Shown here: piece by piece, positions 39,171 through 51,235 of the stretch | Position numbering within the stretch: the stretch's first letter is position 1 | How the letters are laid out: each line of letters starts with the position of its first letter | Assembly (NCBI GenBank): GCA_965235115.1 | Contig: OZ249436.1 | Coordinates: 48,238,001 to 48,302,000 of the forward strand | Length of the DNA: 64,000 nucleotides | Source of the DNA: Laetmonice hystrix | Taxonomy: Eukaryota | Direction: 5' to 3' | Position numbers and translations under genes: made by a program | The notes under the pieces: model-generated | Told to the model about the DNA's origin: nothing | Database searches by the model: none | Seen by the model: the letters and a program-made list of their open reading frames with translations, nothing else

Positions 39171-42100
39171 TCCATGCCTGAAGATGTCGATGTGGTTTTG
39201 AAGGCGATTGCAAGGCACATAAACTGTCTTGGAGAAGATAATAGAAACACTAGAAAGCGGGCATTAGAGGGCTTACGGAAAGAAACGATTGGGAAGAAAC
39301 CTGTACCAAATTCTGACATATTACAGGCTGCCCTAAACGAGATCATCAAACCGGTACTGAAGTCGCTCTCCGACCCCGTGGAGAAATGTCGGGAACTCGC
39401 CGTCGTGTATTTGACAGACTGCTTGGATGCAGTCACCGATCCCACCGTATTTCTTTCATATATAATCCCAGTTCTGGTACAGCGCCTCGGACAGCCAGAA
39501 ATTACAGAACCGTCTGAAGAGCTGAGATTGACTTTAATCATAATGTTAAACAAAATCGTCTTGTTATCGGACACAAGAATTGGAGTGTACATGGACGACA
39601 TGGTCAACATTCTGCAGAGGACCGTCACGGACCCTTACCCGGAGGTGAAAAAGGAAAGCTGCAAATGTGCAGTAAATGTTGCCAAGAACGGGAAACAGTA
39701 CTTCCACATGCAATCTGCATCCCTTATCAATCCGTTATTAAAGTCAATGGGACATCAACATTCCAAAGTTCGAATTGAAGTTATTAAAGCAATTGGTGAG
39801 AAAACTACACTAAACTAAAGTTATTAAAATCGGTTAATCCATTAACTGTCTCTAATGCCCCTGATCCACCAGTGGCGACTGCTTCGCAACTGACTAGCCT
39901 AAAGAATCAAAGTTGCGAATCACTCACAAACAAAACTTTGCAACTGATTCGCAACTTTGATGACAAGTTGCGAATCAGTCGCGAAAGCTGATCCACCGGA
40001 AAATACAGTTGCCAAGTTCCAGTCGCCAGTGGGCAAAATCAAACACGTTTGAATTCGCCAAGGGAGGTTGCGAACAGGTTGCAAAGCCAGGCGAGTTGCA
40101 GAGCCAGTTGCGAACCCCTCATGACAGGTGATCCACCAAAATAGTGTTCGTGTCGTGTTCGCGACTGGGATGTCAACTGTAGGACTTCCCTGAGTTGCGA
40201 ACAGGTTGCGAACGAGTTGCAAGGCCAAGTTGCCAGCGGTGGATCAGGGGCATTACGTTAACGTTTATCAACAAAAAGAGTAAACGTTCAGGTCCACATG
40301 GACTAATGTGTAGGCACTGAATATTAATTATATTAAATTTAAAGACACAAACAGTTGGATTCACTTGTTTAAAAAATTTTAAGTTCAATTTTATTCCAAT
40401 TTGTTATATTTCCCTCTTGATTGATTTCATTTTAACATCCTCGTTTTCCCTGATTACCCACAGGTGCAGTTATTCAGTATGGTGATGGTAAGAGTGTTGA
40501 CGATGTTTTTCCCTGATTACCCACAGGTGCAGTTATTCAGTATGGTGATGGTAAGAGTGTTGACGATGTAGTGTCACACCTGGCACAGCGTCTCTTTGAC
40601 CACTCTCCTGCAGTGCGATCATCAGTTCTTACTGTTGTTGGAGGCTGGATGCTAGACCTCATGGACCGCTACTCTTTCTGGCACAAGTTCATACCTTTGC
40701 TTCTGACGGGCATCACTGACGACGTTCCAGACATCAGCAGTCAGGCCGATGCATTGTGGCATGATATTGGTGTGTACTACATATGCCTTTCATACTGCTT
40801 TCATAAACAAGTTTTCTGGGTGGCAGTAGTTCAGTGTTACATGTGGGCTTTATGCGAGAAAGTTTGCCGATGGAAAGTGGCTTGCTGTCTATAGATCTAT
40901 CTTCTGTTTTATTCAATCAGTTTAATAGCTTTCAGTTTTTGTTTCAGGTCTGAAGTATCAGCAGGAGCAGGAAGAAGATCTCAAAGATAAAATAAACTGG
41001 GAAAAGTCTGACCTACCACATTATCCCCCAGGATGTGAGAGCAGTTTTATGTATTGGAACAGTGCTTTTTTTTTATCAAATGCATAGGGGGGAAATTCTT
41101 ATTAATAATAATCTCTCGAGGTTTTTATTAATTCAGAGACACATTTTATTTGGTTTATGATATTTAAAGAGTGCAGAGATGTATGTAAGACATCAGAATG
41201 GAAATATAATATGATAAAATATAACCTATATAATCTTAATAGACCTAATGATATTAACTCCCCACGTTTGATGCCAAGTTTCAGTGCCCAAGGTAAAGTA
41301 AGTCTGTGTTACTTCCTAATGTTTTCACGCAAAACCATTTCTGAGGGCGTAACTTTTTTTTAATGAAGTGGAGAGGCCGAACCTTGGCTCTCGACAGTTG
41401 GTGTATCTGAACTTCTCCAAGATTTTGTCCGGCCTGACAAGAGACCTTACAGACTGGGTTGGGGCAACACGTATTATGTCTGCCAAACTGCTCTACACCT
41501 TAGTCATCAATGATGAAGACAACATCACACAACACCTGGAAAAGCTGCTGACAGCATTGTGCAAAGCTTGTGGAGATGAGGAAGCAGAAGTTCGTAAATA
41601 TGTAAGTAAATTAAGCTGATATAATTGATACATAATGGGCAGTGGAAAATTGTACATTATGGCTGAGAAATTCCTGAAAGGGCCAAAAAGTTTAAACATT
41701 GAATGCCCAGGTCTATAATATTTTAAGGCTAAGTCCTTAAGGTCATGCATTTGTTTAATTTTAGGTTGTTCAGACGGCAGAACTTGTCGGTTATTTTGTG
41801 GGGCCAGAGACATGGGTGAAGTTGGTGCTGCAGCAGGTGAAGTTGATGCAGAATGCGTCCATGGTGGAGATCCTGGCCGCAGTAATCCGGGGCTCAGACC
41901 CAGTGCAGATTAAAATCTTCCTTCCTGATATCTGCAACATTCTCACTGATCCATCCATCTGTAATATTGCTGACGTTAGTATCATTTAGTGTTGGAGCGA
42001 GTATACATATATTCAAATGTCCTGTTTGCAGTTGTGTGATTACATGGTGATAAAAAGGAAAAAATTATCCATAGTATACAGACTTTTTATACATGTGCAA

Positions 42101-45100
42101 ATTCTTCAGTGCTTCAAATTCAAGATATACATAAAGGTGATATAAATTCACATTGTAATTTAAAAAAAGTTTAGGCAAGAGCTGTATGATGTCAGATACC
42201 CAGAAATACGAGTTATCTTGCAATGATCCTTTCCACATGTTATCTCTTGTACAAACCATCAGTTCATACTTTTGATGTTCATGTTTGCATAGGCAAGCCT
42301 GCAGACATCATTACTGTCGTGTGTTGATGCTCTGGTAACGGTCTCAAAGAGTGACTGTCGCGAAGTCAGCAAGGACATGTTCAAAGTTCTTATCATTGTG
42401 CTTGCCTTACACAGGCATGAATCTCACCCAGCCAAGGTCAGCATCTTTGTGGTCTGAGTTACTTGTAACTTAGAAAGCCTATTGTTTAGTCCATTGTCGG
42501 CTTCTAAACACCTGTAAAAACAATGAAAAATGAAGGGCAAGATCTTGTACAACATGTACCTTATATTTATTTTAGCTCATGATCTAAAACTAACATATAT
42601 TTGCTTTATCCAGTGGTAAGGCCTATTTTTCTATATCTTTGAAACACCATTCCGTTACTTTAACCATGCTGTATGTTTAGTTGTTAATTCCATTTTTAAG
42701 GTGGATGATCTCCTTGCTCGGCTAGCAGCAGTGACTGGTATGAGTGGCCGCCAAGAACTATTCAATTTATATACAAAACCAACCATTGACTCCCTGAAGG
42801 ATGAATATTCTATCTGGACTCAGCACTCAGTGGAAAGACTCATCTTTGATACACTCCTAATGCAGTCTGGTGAGTGAACAGTACCGGGGCCCATCTCACT
42901 CACCCATCACAGACACAACACCAAGGTTTACTGTTAATGTTAAGGTTCAGGATTCATGACAGGTCACCTGAAAGCCAAGGTTGTGAGGTAGCTGTATGAA
43001 TATGGTAATTAAAGCCCAATGACCCATTTTAACATCATGGAATGTTGTTGTTCAGGCATTAGGCATAGACCTGACAAGCATGTAACCTAAGAATCTGTAA
43101 ACTGCTGTGATTGACCCTCAATGGTTTTCATGACATTGAATTGTGAAGCAATTATTGTTGATGACCACAGGGAAACCACAATATTAAAGGGAGTCGTAAA
43201 ATTCATTTTTTTCGATTTATGGCAGTCTTAGAAACATATGATTCGCATACCTTGGACTCCCAGTAACATCATGTGAGACTGTTATGGCCCAGCGACCAGT
43301 ATTTAGTAAGGAAAATATGCCAAATCTCTCGCAAATACGTAGCTCAGAATTAGCGAGCGGCCCACAGGATATTTGAGTTGGCCGCGGTCGGGCGATGATG
43401 ACGCGTGATGACGTGACTTCCGGGTGTACATGCGGTATTTAGGTCAACGCTAGACTAGAGGGAGATTCCCTTCCACACCCAGAAGTCACGTGATCACGCG
43501 TGATCATCGCCCGACCGCGGCCAACTCAAATATCCTGTGGGCCGTTCGCTAATTCTGAGCTACGTATTTGCGAGAGATTTGGCATATTTTCCTCACTAAA
43601 TACTGGTCGCTGGGCCATAACAGTCTCACATGATGTTACCGGGAGTCCAAGGTATGCGAATCATATGTTTCTAAGACTGCCATAAATCGAAAAAAAATGA
43701 ATTTTACGACTCCCTTTAAGGGACTTGTACAATTAAATACCGGTATATCATGTTGACTTGCAGGACCAGTTGTCGGGGAGATTCTTGACAATATCATTCC
43801 TATGTTTGTGACCAACCTAAACCCGGACAAGGACCCTGAGTTGCGACTCAAGTTCTTCACGTTACTCTCCCGGCTTCTGATGAAAGCTCCTGCCACACTC
43901 AACTCCCAACAACGATTTGGAGACTTTGCTGTGCAGGTGGTACGAGACATGATTCTCCCAAACTGTGTGTGGCGGGCAGGACGGACAGCAAGTGCCCTCA
44001 GGAAGACTGCGGTATCGTCGCTGTGGGCCCTCTTACAGAGTGGTGTCCTAACCCGGGACAGAGTGAGTGTTGGGGTAGCAAGACATTGCTCTCAGGTCAA
44101 CTGTACCCTTTTATTGTCTGTAGTATTAAAAATGAAACTATTTCTTTTTGTAACAAAACATTATTTATTACCGCCATGGTTTGTTTGTCCTGTAAAAAAA
44201 AATAAACAAATAAAAAATAAAGACACTAAGACAGCAGGATATGTGAAAACCCAATAACCCATGGTTCAAATCCCAGAAGAACCTCTCACCGAACCTCTCA
44301 CTCCCAGCCCTATGTGAAATGTACCTGACAGTTACTGCTTGACTTGGCAGCTGTTGGAGGTGATGGAAGAGCTGATGGTCCAGCTACAGTCAACCATAGA
44401 AGAGGAAGACCAAGGGACCAGGCTAATTACATGCCGGGTGATGATGCACGTCTTTAAACAGGTCGGGCCTAATCTTGACCAGGACCGACTCCACAACATG
44501 TACCCGGTTCTCATCAAACGGCTCGATGACGCCAGTGATGACGTCCGCATTGCAGTTACCCACACCTTTATAGCATACCTGAACTGTTTTGAGGATAGGT
44601 GGGTATCTAAAGCTTGATGTCTGAGAATGTTTGTCAGTTTGGGGAGAAATTTGCTTTGTTATAACTAAATACGGTAAGCGTAATTTCACTATATAGTCAG
44701 ATTCATTATATCCAATTTTATTATAATAAAAACGGAAAATTCTGTTCCTAAGAATGACTTCGCTGTAGGCAGAATTTCGTAATATCCATGTTTGTTATAA
44801 GCGGACTCCACTCCAGTGGTAGTTACCCTGTGTATTTTGACACAGATGCAGTCTCTAATTGTTACTTTCCTCTAACAGTGTATGTTTTCTTTAAACCTCA
44901 CATTTCAGGTATAATGCGTCGCTCTACAGAGCCCACCTTGAAGCGATCTATAGTGGCCTACTTGTTCATCTTGATGACCCAGAGCCTCACATCCAGACAG
45001 CCGTACTCTGTAACATTCCTGTCTCTCAGAAACCTCTCCAGGGCGTATTTAGGGAGGGGGGGGGGAATGGAAGCACAGGGTCAAAATTTTAAAGGGTGAC

Positions 45101-45443
45101 GTAATGTACTATGAAGGGCAGCAATCCCATAATGATCGTGACCTTTATCTCTTTATTTGACTACTGAGATATGTTGTCAGTTAACCCTTGGTGTCCTCCA
45201 ATCCTTGGATGAAATAAAGTTCAGGGAGAACAATTATTATATGGAGAGGGGCGTTTATCAAGAGAAGAGAGTGCATGAAGAAAGGATCTCCTTTCTTCTC
45301 TTTCAGATGTCCTGAAGACTGCAGCACACCTGATGCCGACCTTGTTGTTACAAGATATCGACAGTGTGAGACTTAAACATCGGACGACATCGTACCTGGA
45401 CCAACTGATTGAGTACACCCGAGCCCTACCCAAGGAAGACTGA
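39162..45443 (+). CDS. DNAAF5: Dynein axonemal assembly factor 5 (HEAT repeat-containing protein 2), 834 aa
   Basis: 11 GT-AG exons in consistent phase: 39162-39795, 40527-40769, 40948-41034, 41369-41601, 41765-41974, 42293-42436, 42701-42869, 43764-44062, 44351-44598, 44909-45009, 45307-45443 (sum 2505 nt). HEATR2-type motifs include [68 protein letters not shown] and [11 protein letters not shown]. Confidence 0.92.
39853..40255. mobile_element. MITE in DNAAF5 intron 1
   Basis: Perfect 18-bp inverted termini TAATGCCCCTGATCCACC / GGTGGATCAGGGGCATTA, with internal GTTGCGAA repeats. Confidence 0.8.
40444..40569 (+). repeat. 63-bp tandem duplication spanning the DNAAF5 intron 1/exon 2 acceptor
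   Basis: ttttccctgattacccacag|gtgcagttattcagtatggtgatggtaagagtgttgacgatgt occurs at 40444 and again at 40507. Confidence 0.95.
43188..43715. mobile_element. Foldback MITE with TTAA TSD (Kolobok-like) in DNAAF5 intron 7
   Basis: TTAA|AGGGAGTCGTAAAATTC ... GAATTTTACGACTCCCT|TTAA. The inverted arms exceed 200 bp and are nearly identical. Confidence 0.85.
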
Positions 45444-46036
45444 TGACCCGTGGGTGTCAGTTACCCGGGCCTCTGTGGGACAACCAGGCCAGATGGTCTG
45501 GTTAACAAATTAACTATGGCAAAGTATAGTTTGCAGTGATTCGCTTCTGTGAATCTCGTCACCTTTGAAAAGAAAAAAAAGGAAACAAGAAGTCGTGACT
45601 CGGTCCGTGTACTAGAAGCTTCCTGACTCATTCTGGTTTAAAAAGTGGGTGCAAATAGTAGGCGTGTATGTGGAACGGATTGAAGTCCTTTGGGCTGTTT
45701 AATAAAATCTGAACATCATGTATGTTTGAGGTTGTAATGTTCCTCTGTGTCCTGCATAGATAGTGACGAGGAAGACGGGCAGTTGTGTACTGCTTCTGCG
45801 CATGATATATTTGCTGGTAATTTGCGAAACAAGAGGATAAACAAAAACATAAATGACTCAGGATTTTTTTATTACAAAATAGTTCAAAACAAATTCATTA
45901 AGTTAGTTTGCAGTAAATAAGGCACAACCCGGTATGGTTCGGATTGTAGTGTAGATGTAATTGTCTTGAATATGTAGGCTGTCCTGCAGGGTAACCGATT
46001 ATAGGTAGTGCCAGTACTCGATCTAATTAATATCAG

Positions 46037-46523
46037 GGCCCGGTTTTTTTGTTTACTTTTCCACCGTGAGCAAGGGTGAGCTGAGCTGAGCAAGTGTAAG
46101 CAGGGCCCGGTTTTTTTGTTTACTTTTCCACCGTGAGCAAGGGTGAGCTGAGCTGAGCAAGGATGAGCATGAGCTCATTCTCACCGTTTTCGTGCTTTTT
46201 TGGTTGTTTTTTTTTTTCATGAAGTGTGCTCATGGCAAGCAAGCTCGCGGAAAAACACCCAAAAAAACGAAAACAGTGAGTAAAACGGTGAGCATGAAAA
46301 GTAAACAAAAAAACCAGGCCCAGAAGCTCATGCTCACCGTTTTGCTCACTGTTTTCGTTTTTTGGGGTGTTTTTCTGCGAGCTGGCTCACCATGAGCACG
46401 CCTCATGGAAAAATATAACCAAAAAAACACGACAACGGTGAGAATGAGCTCATGCTCACCCTTGCTCAGCTCAGCTTAGCTCACCCCTGCTCACGGTGGA
46501 AAAGTAAACAAAAAAACCAGGCC
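46037..46523. mobile_element. Compound palindromic PIF/Harbinger-like MITE cluster
   Basis: TIR GGCCCGGTTTTTTTGTTTACTTTTC at 46037 and 46104, each preceded by CAG. The inverse GAAAAGTAAACAAAAAAACCAGGCC ends at 46320 and 46523, each followed by CAG. Confidence 0.75.
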
Positions 46524-47031
46524 CAGATCTCAGTTATTCCACATGCGTTCCATACCAGCATTGGCACAGTCGAGAGAGACGCGGAATACCAAGATCTATT
46601 TTAATTAGATTGTACCAGTACTGCACATTATTTTGAATAATGTCACTAATGGTTGGATTTCAAGGCCTAAACTAGGCAAATAATCAATACTCGGTATTTT
46701 TGATTTACGTATAAACTATAGAGGGCGGTTTGTATAACACAGACTGGTGTAGATCTATTTTAACTCGGTCATGCCATTCGCTGGCACCTACAGCTGGCAT
46801 CCTTGTGGCTTTATAGGCCGTATATTCTGGACACGAGGGACGGCTATACAGAGGGTGGTAGATGGGCCTGATCCTCCTTGATTCTCTATGCGTACGTTAC
46901 AGCATAGTCTTTTAATTGTTTGTAACCCTCTTCGACTCCGCGTTTCCAATTTCCCAGATCCCAGTCAATACACTTCATCGACAATAACCTTATGATTCCG
47001 AGTGACGATGGTATATCAACTGAAGTATTGA

Positions 47032-47575
47032 TCAGCCAACGCGGTAGCCGCAGGTATTGCAGCGTTGTCCCCGAAGTAGTAGACAGCAGATCAAGCCAAG
47101 CGGGAAGAAAAATATCCCCAGACAGATCCCAAGGCATGTGAAGTCCTCTACGAGTATTCCTTGCTGTAACAGATAAAGAATATGGTGGGATATTCTGCCT
47201 ATTATAGTAGTAGACCTCGATAGGCCTGCATCATAGTCATACACTAGTAGGGAGGGTAAGGTCTGTATAGGCCTGTGCATTCCGATTTCTAATAGTTTGT
47301 TTATGTTAGCTTTAAAAAATATATTCATGCCATCAGCCTACCATGCATCTCGGGCAGGTTCCTCCTCGCACGATGATAGTTGTAGCGTTGGTGGGCTGTA
47401 CCCCGACTGGTTGGTTTGGAGCGGGAACAGGATACACCGTGGTCGTCTGCTGGGTGTAGCCCGTCGTCGGGTAGCCGGGAGCGCCCCCTGCAGGCGGCTG
47501 GACGTACTCGGTCCCCTTGTTGACGTCCCAGTACCCGGGCGGGGACTCGGTGGGCTGCTTCTGTTCTGAGGTCAT
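47032..47575 (-). CDS. BRI3: Membrane protein BRI3 (brain protein I3) homolog, two coding exons
   Basis: Exon 47575-47342 (Pro/Gly/Tyr-rich, ending GGTCPRCM|gtaggc) plus exon 47163-47032 (cag|QGILVEDFTCLGICLGIFFFPLGLICCLLLRGQRCNTCGYRVG*). CxxC - hydrophobic segment - CxxC is the BRI3 signature. An alternative in-frame ATG at 47590 overlaps a probable acceptor. Confidence 0.88.
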
Positions 47576-50500
47576 TGTGACTGCTGACATAAACCACAGA
47601 CCGTTGTTACAAAATTATATTGGACTGGTTCTGCTGGCTTTATCGATGGAAGATGGTAGAGTGAGCATTAAGCCACATTATAAAACTGCTAATTAAGGGG
47701 TTAGAAATTCTGTGAATAGAGTGGCGGCGTGGCTGAAGAAAGACGCCTATGGTATTTATGATCAGAAGACAAGTTTGGAAGATAGGGGTCTAGGCAAAAC
47801 GCCCGGGTATCTGTGGTAAATAGCCTACGCAACTCCTAAAACTAGAAACAACTAGATTTGGGCTAGGCTATAACCCCACATGTCTGCCGTGCGCTGGGAA
47901 CTCATTGGAAGTAGTCTATATAGGCCTAACAAGTGTGTACCGATCCGTGTGAGGTTGCTTTCAGAACACATTGTAAGCCTATACGCCCGTATATATACTA
48001 TATAGTTCAATAGTTTTGTGACAGCAGCGTTAGAGGCCCCTATTGACATTGGAATTGATTGAAATGGTATTTTATTTCCAAATTATGATTGTAGCCTATC
48101 ATTGTTGTAGTAGGGATTCCAAGTTCTCACAAAGGAACTTATTTTATAACATCCTGTGTATAGGCCTATACATACAATCAGTTTTTGTTATACAAATAGT
48201 AGGCCTATGTCAACACAAGCGACACACCGGAAACTATGTGGTATGGGTAATATTCGAAAGGAAGCAGAGAAAAATAAAACAAACCTATAACGCCACGTGA
48301 CGTTATCCGTCGGGTTATAGAGATATGTCACATTTTATGCGCATTCTCTCTGCCATTGCCATCGTAATTTGTGATACATGTTCCGGCGCTTCCATATGAC
48401 CTCGTAGTTAACGTCGCATCGCCCCGTAACGTGTACACTCAAATCAGTCGGTATGGCACACACGTTCCATAAGGACCACCTATGGCACCCCCCTGAATGG
48501 TTCTGACAGGTAGAATGCGCATATATTAAAACCCATTATGATTAGGGTGGGCGTTTTACCCCGCCTTGTCCCCACTAGTGGTGTCAGACTGATTCTGTCT
48601 AGGCAGAGTAGCCGATTCTGTCAGTGTACCTGATTCTGATGTCCTCTCTTATAAAATAGTCTTGAGCTAGGCCATTACGGCTTTTGCGGCTATATTATAC
48701 TGTTCATATGGAGTAGGCCTAGGCCTACTTGAAAAAAATACGAAAAAATACTAGGCTTGTAGAGTCTATCGGCCTATATCACACATAGGCGTCCTCAGAA
48801 TTCCCAAAGGGTGGGTCGAATTCAACTTCAGGGGGCACCTGGTCAGCACAGAGCTATCAGAAGAAAAATTACGAAAAAAAAGACAACTCATATAGGCTTA
48901 TATGTATATAGGCCTACATGTTACAGCCTATAATCTTTTAGGGGCGTGTCCAGGGGGTGGGACATCAAGTCGATCACGTGTTCCCAGTGGTTTAGGTCAA
49001 TAATCAATAATTTATCTTACCAACTTTTTTTGTATCTTATATCTCGATAAAATATTGAGTTTTTACTCGGTAAAATCGATATGAATATTGTAAGTTAGAC
49101 TGTAAGGAAGATTGGGGGCAGGCTTTAGGATGATACATGAAATATTTGAAAATAGACGTAGGCTATAACAATTAGAGCTGGATCTAAACACCGGCCCCGT
49201 AATTGTATACCACAATAGGATTGGCCATCAATCAAGGTAGTAGTCATGAATCAAGAGATCTCCAAGTCGAGTACAGTGTATAACGTTCAACCCCTCTAAA
49301 ACTTCGGTAGAGAGCATAACCACTGGAGTGGTACAATGGTTCTAGTAGCATGGCAGAAATTAGTTCTATCAAATAAAAGAAAGAGGATAAAATTTAACAT
49401 TTTTTCAAAATTCCAGATCATACATTGAACAGTCGCAATAAAGGCGGGAAAATGTTTTAATGGGCCAGGCCTATGCTACTAACCCCCTCTACCTTTCCCG
49501 AAGTGTCGACGCACTTCACCTGAGGTAGAGGCCTACACTACCGGCGGGTTTTAGACGTATAAAATAAAACAACTGTGGCCGGTTGCAAGAACATTTTGTG
49601 AAGTTAATCCCAAGAATGGCTTAACTTACTATCTAGCCTAGATTTAAGTTTGGGTACGTTTGGTAGTCCTGTTCAAGGGAATTCTTTTGTGCTTGGCCAG
49701 CGAAATAAGGGCCAGTCTCCAAAAATGAGAAAAGGCTAGAATATTCTGACTTTCTGGGAACTGAAAATATGCGTAAATCCACAAATTGGGTTATTCTCGA
49801 GAATAACTATGTCCTTGCAATCGGCCACTGATCTCTGCCGAGATGGATCCGTGATGGATGAAAACCAACCAAATCCCAACGTGGAAAACAGGAGAAATGT
49901 GACTTACCACAAATTAGCCGTAGTCTCCAACTGTGAATAACGGATACCAACGGCTTGGTTCAGTGGTGTCCGACCTTTCCTACTTTAGCCTTTATCAATA
50001 TTTTCCAAAGAAGGACAGTTGAGCAATGACATGGATGACAAATTGTTAATGATTTGCATGCGTTATCAGCACAAGGATAAGAATTACCCGGACGCTAGGA
50101 GTGGTGGCATTATGCTATAGAGCTATATTATTCTCGAAAGTACAAAGGGCAGATCTTAATACTCCGCCACACATTCAGTAAATGAACGAACGACCGAAAC
50201 AACTGGGGGGAGATTTAAAATACTGTAGTTCGGAGGGGGGGGGGGGGGGGGGGGGGCTTGCGGTGGTGGGCCTAATTAGAAAGCACACAAAAATATATTC
50301 CTTATCCCTAAATAAATTTAATAAATAAAGTATATTTAAAAAGAAAGACAGGAAGAAGGAAAGAAAGAAAAAACTGAACATCTTAAAGGAAGGCGTGGCC
50401 ACTTTACATATATTTTATCTCTAAAAAGAAGAAGTTCATCATTTTATTCTCCTCTTTATTGATAGCATATTTTAACATATCTGTAGTTGATTTAAGATAT

Positions 50501-51235
50501 CTTTGTCTTTTTCTCTTTTCTTTCAGGGGTCTCAAACAATTTTTACATATAGGGCTACATTAATTGTAGAAATAGTCTTAAATATTATTTTTGCAATGCG
50601 GGACGCAATATGTGATAGGACGTCGAGCGATAATTAACGTAGCCTATCCTTCAACTAACCCCTCCTCCCCCGCAGTTGATAAAACTACGCATTGGGGGGG
50701 GGGGGGGCAAGGGGCCCGCCCCTCTTAAATTTTCCTTTCCCCTTTTTTAAGGAAGATGCATTATTCGGACCTTGAAACCCAACAAATTCCAACAAAGTTC
50801 TTTTAAAAAGCCTCCTATATTGTACGTGATAGTAGGCCTAACATCGGGCCCGAAATGGCCTCCTCAGTCATCCAGGAGCAACATAACTCTGGGCCATGCA
50901 GCATTGAAATAAACCAAAAGGGGCCCAAAATGGCCATTAATCACAACTAGATTCGTTGTGGTGATACCACAATGAATCTCATCCCCGCGTTGTCCCGTCT
51001 AACATGTTATGAGAAGGGATAACAATGGTGCTATTATGCACCCGTGAAAAAGCATAATTATAGGACTTCCGATTCGTCTTCAATAGTAGGCCTAACTATG
51101 ACCCTATCTGGCACTGTTTAGAAGGTGTAGCCATTATAGCTGAACCGATTTGTAAGGTGAAGCCAAGTTTTTTTTAAAGGTCAAAGGTCAAAGGTCAAAT
51201 GAAGGATCAATTTTAAGCATGAACCATGCCTAATT

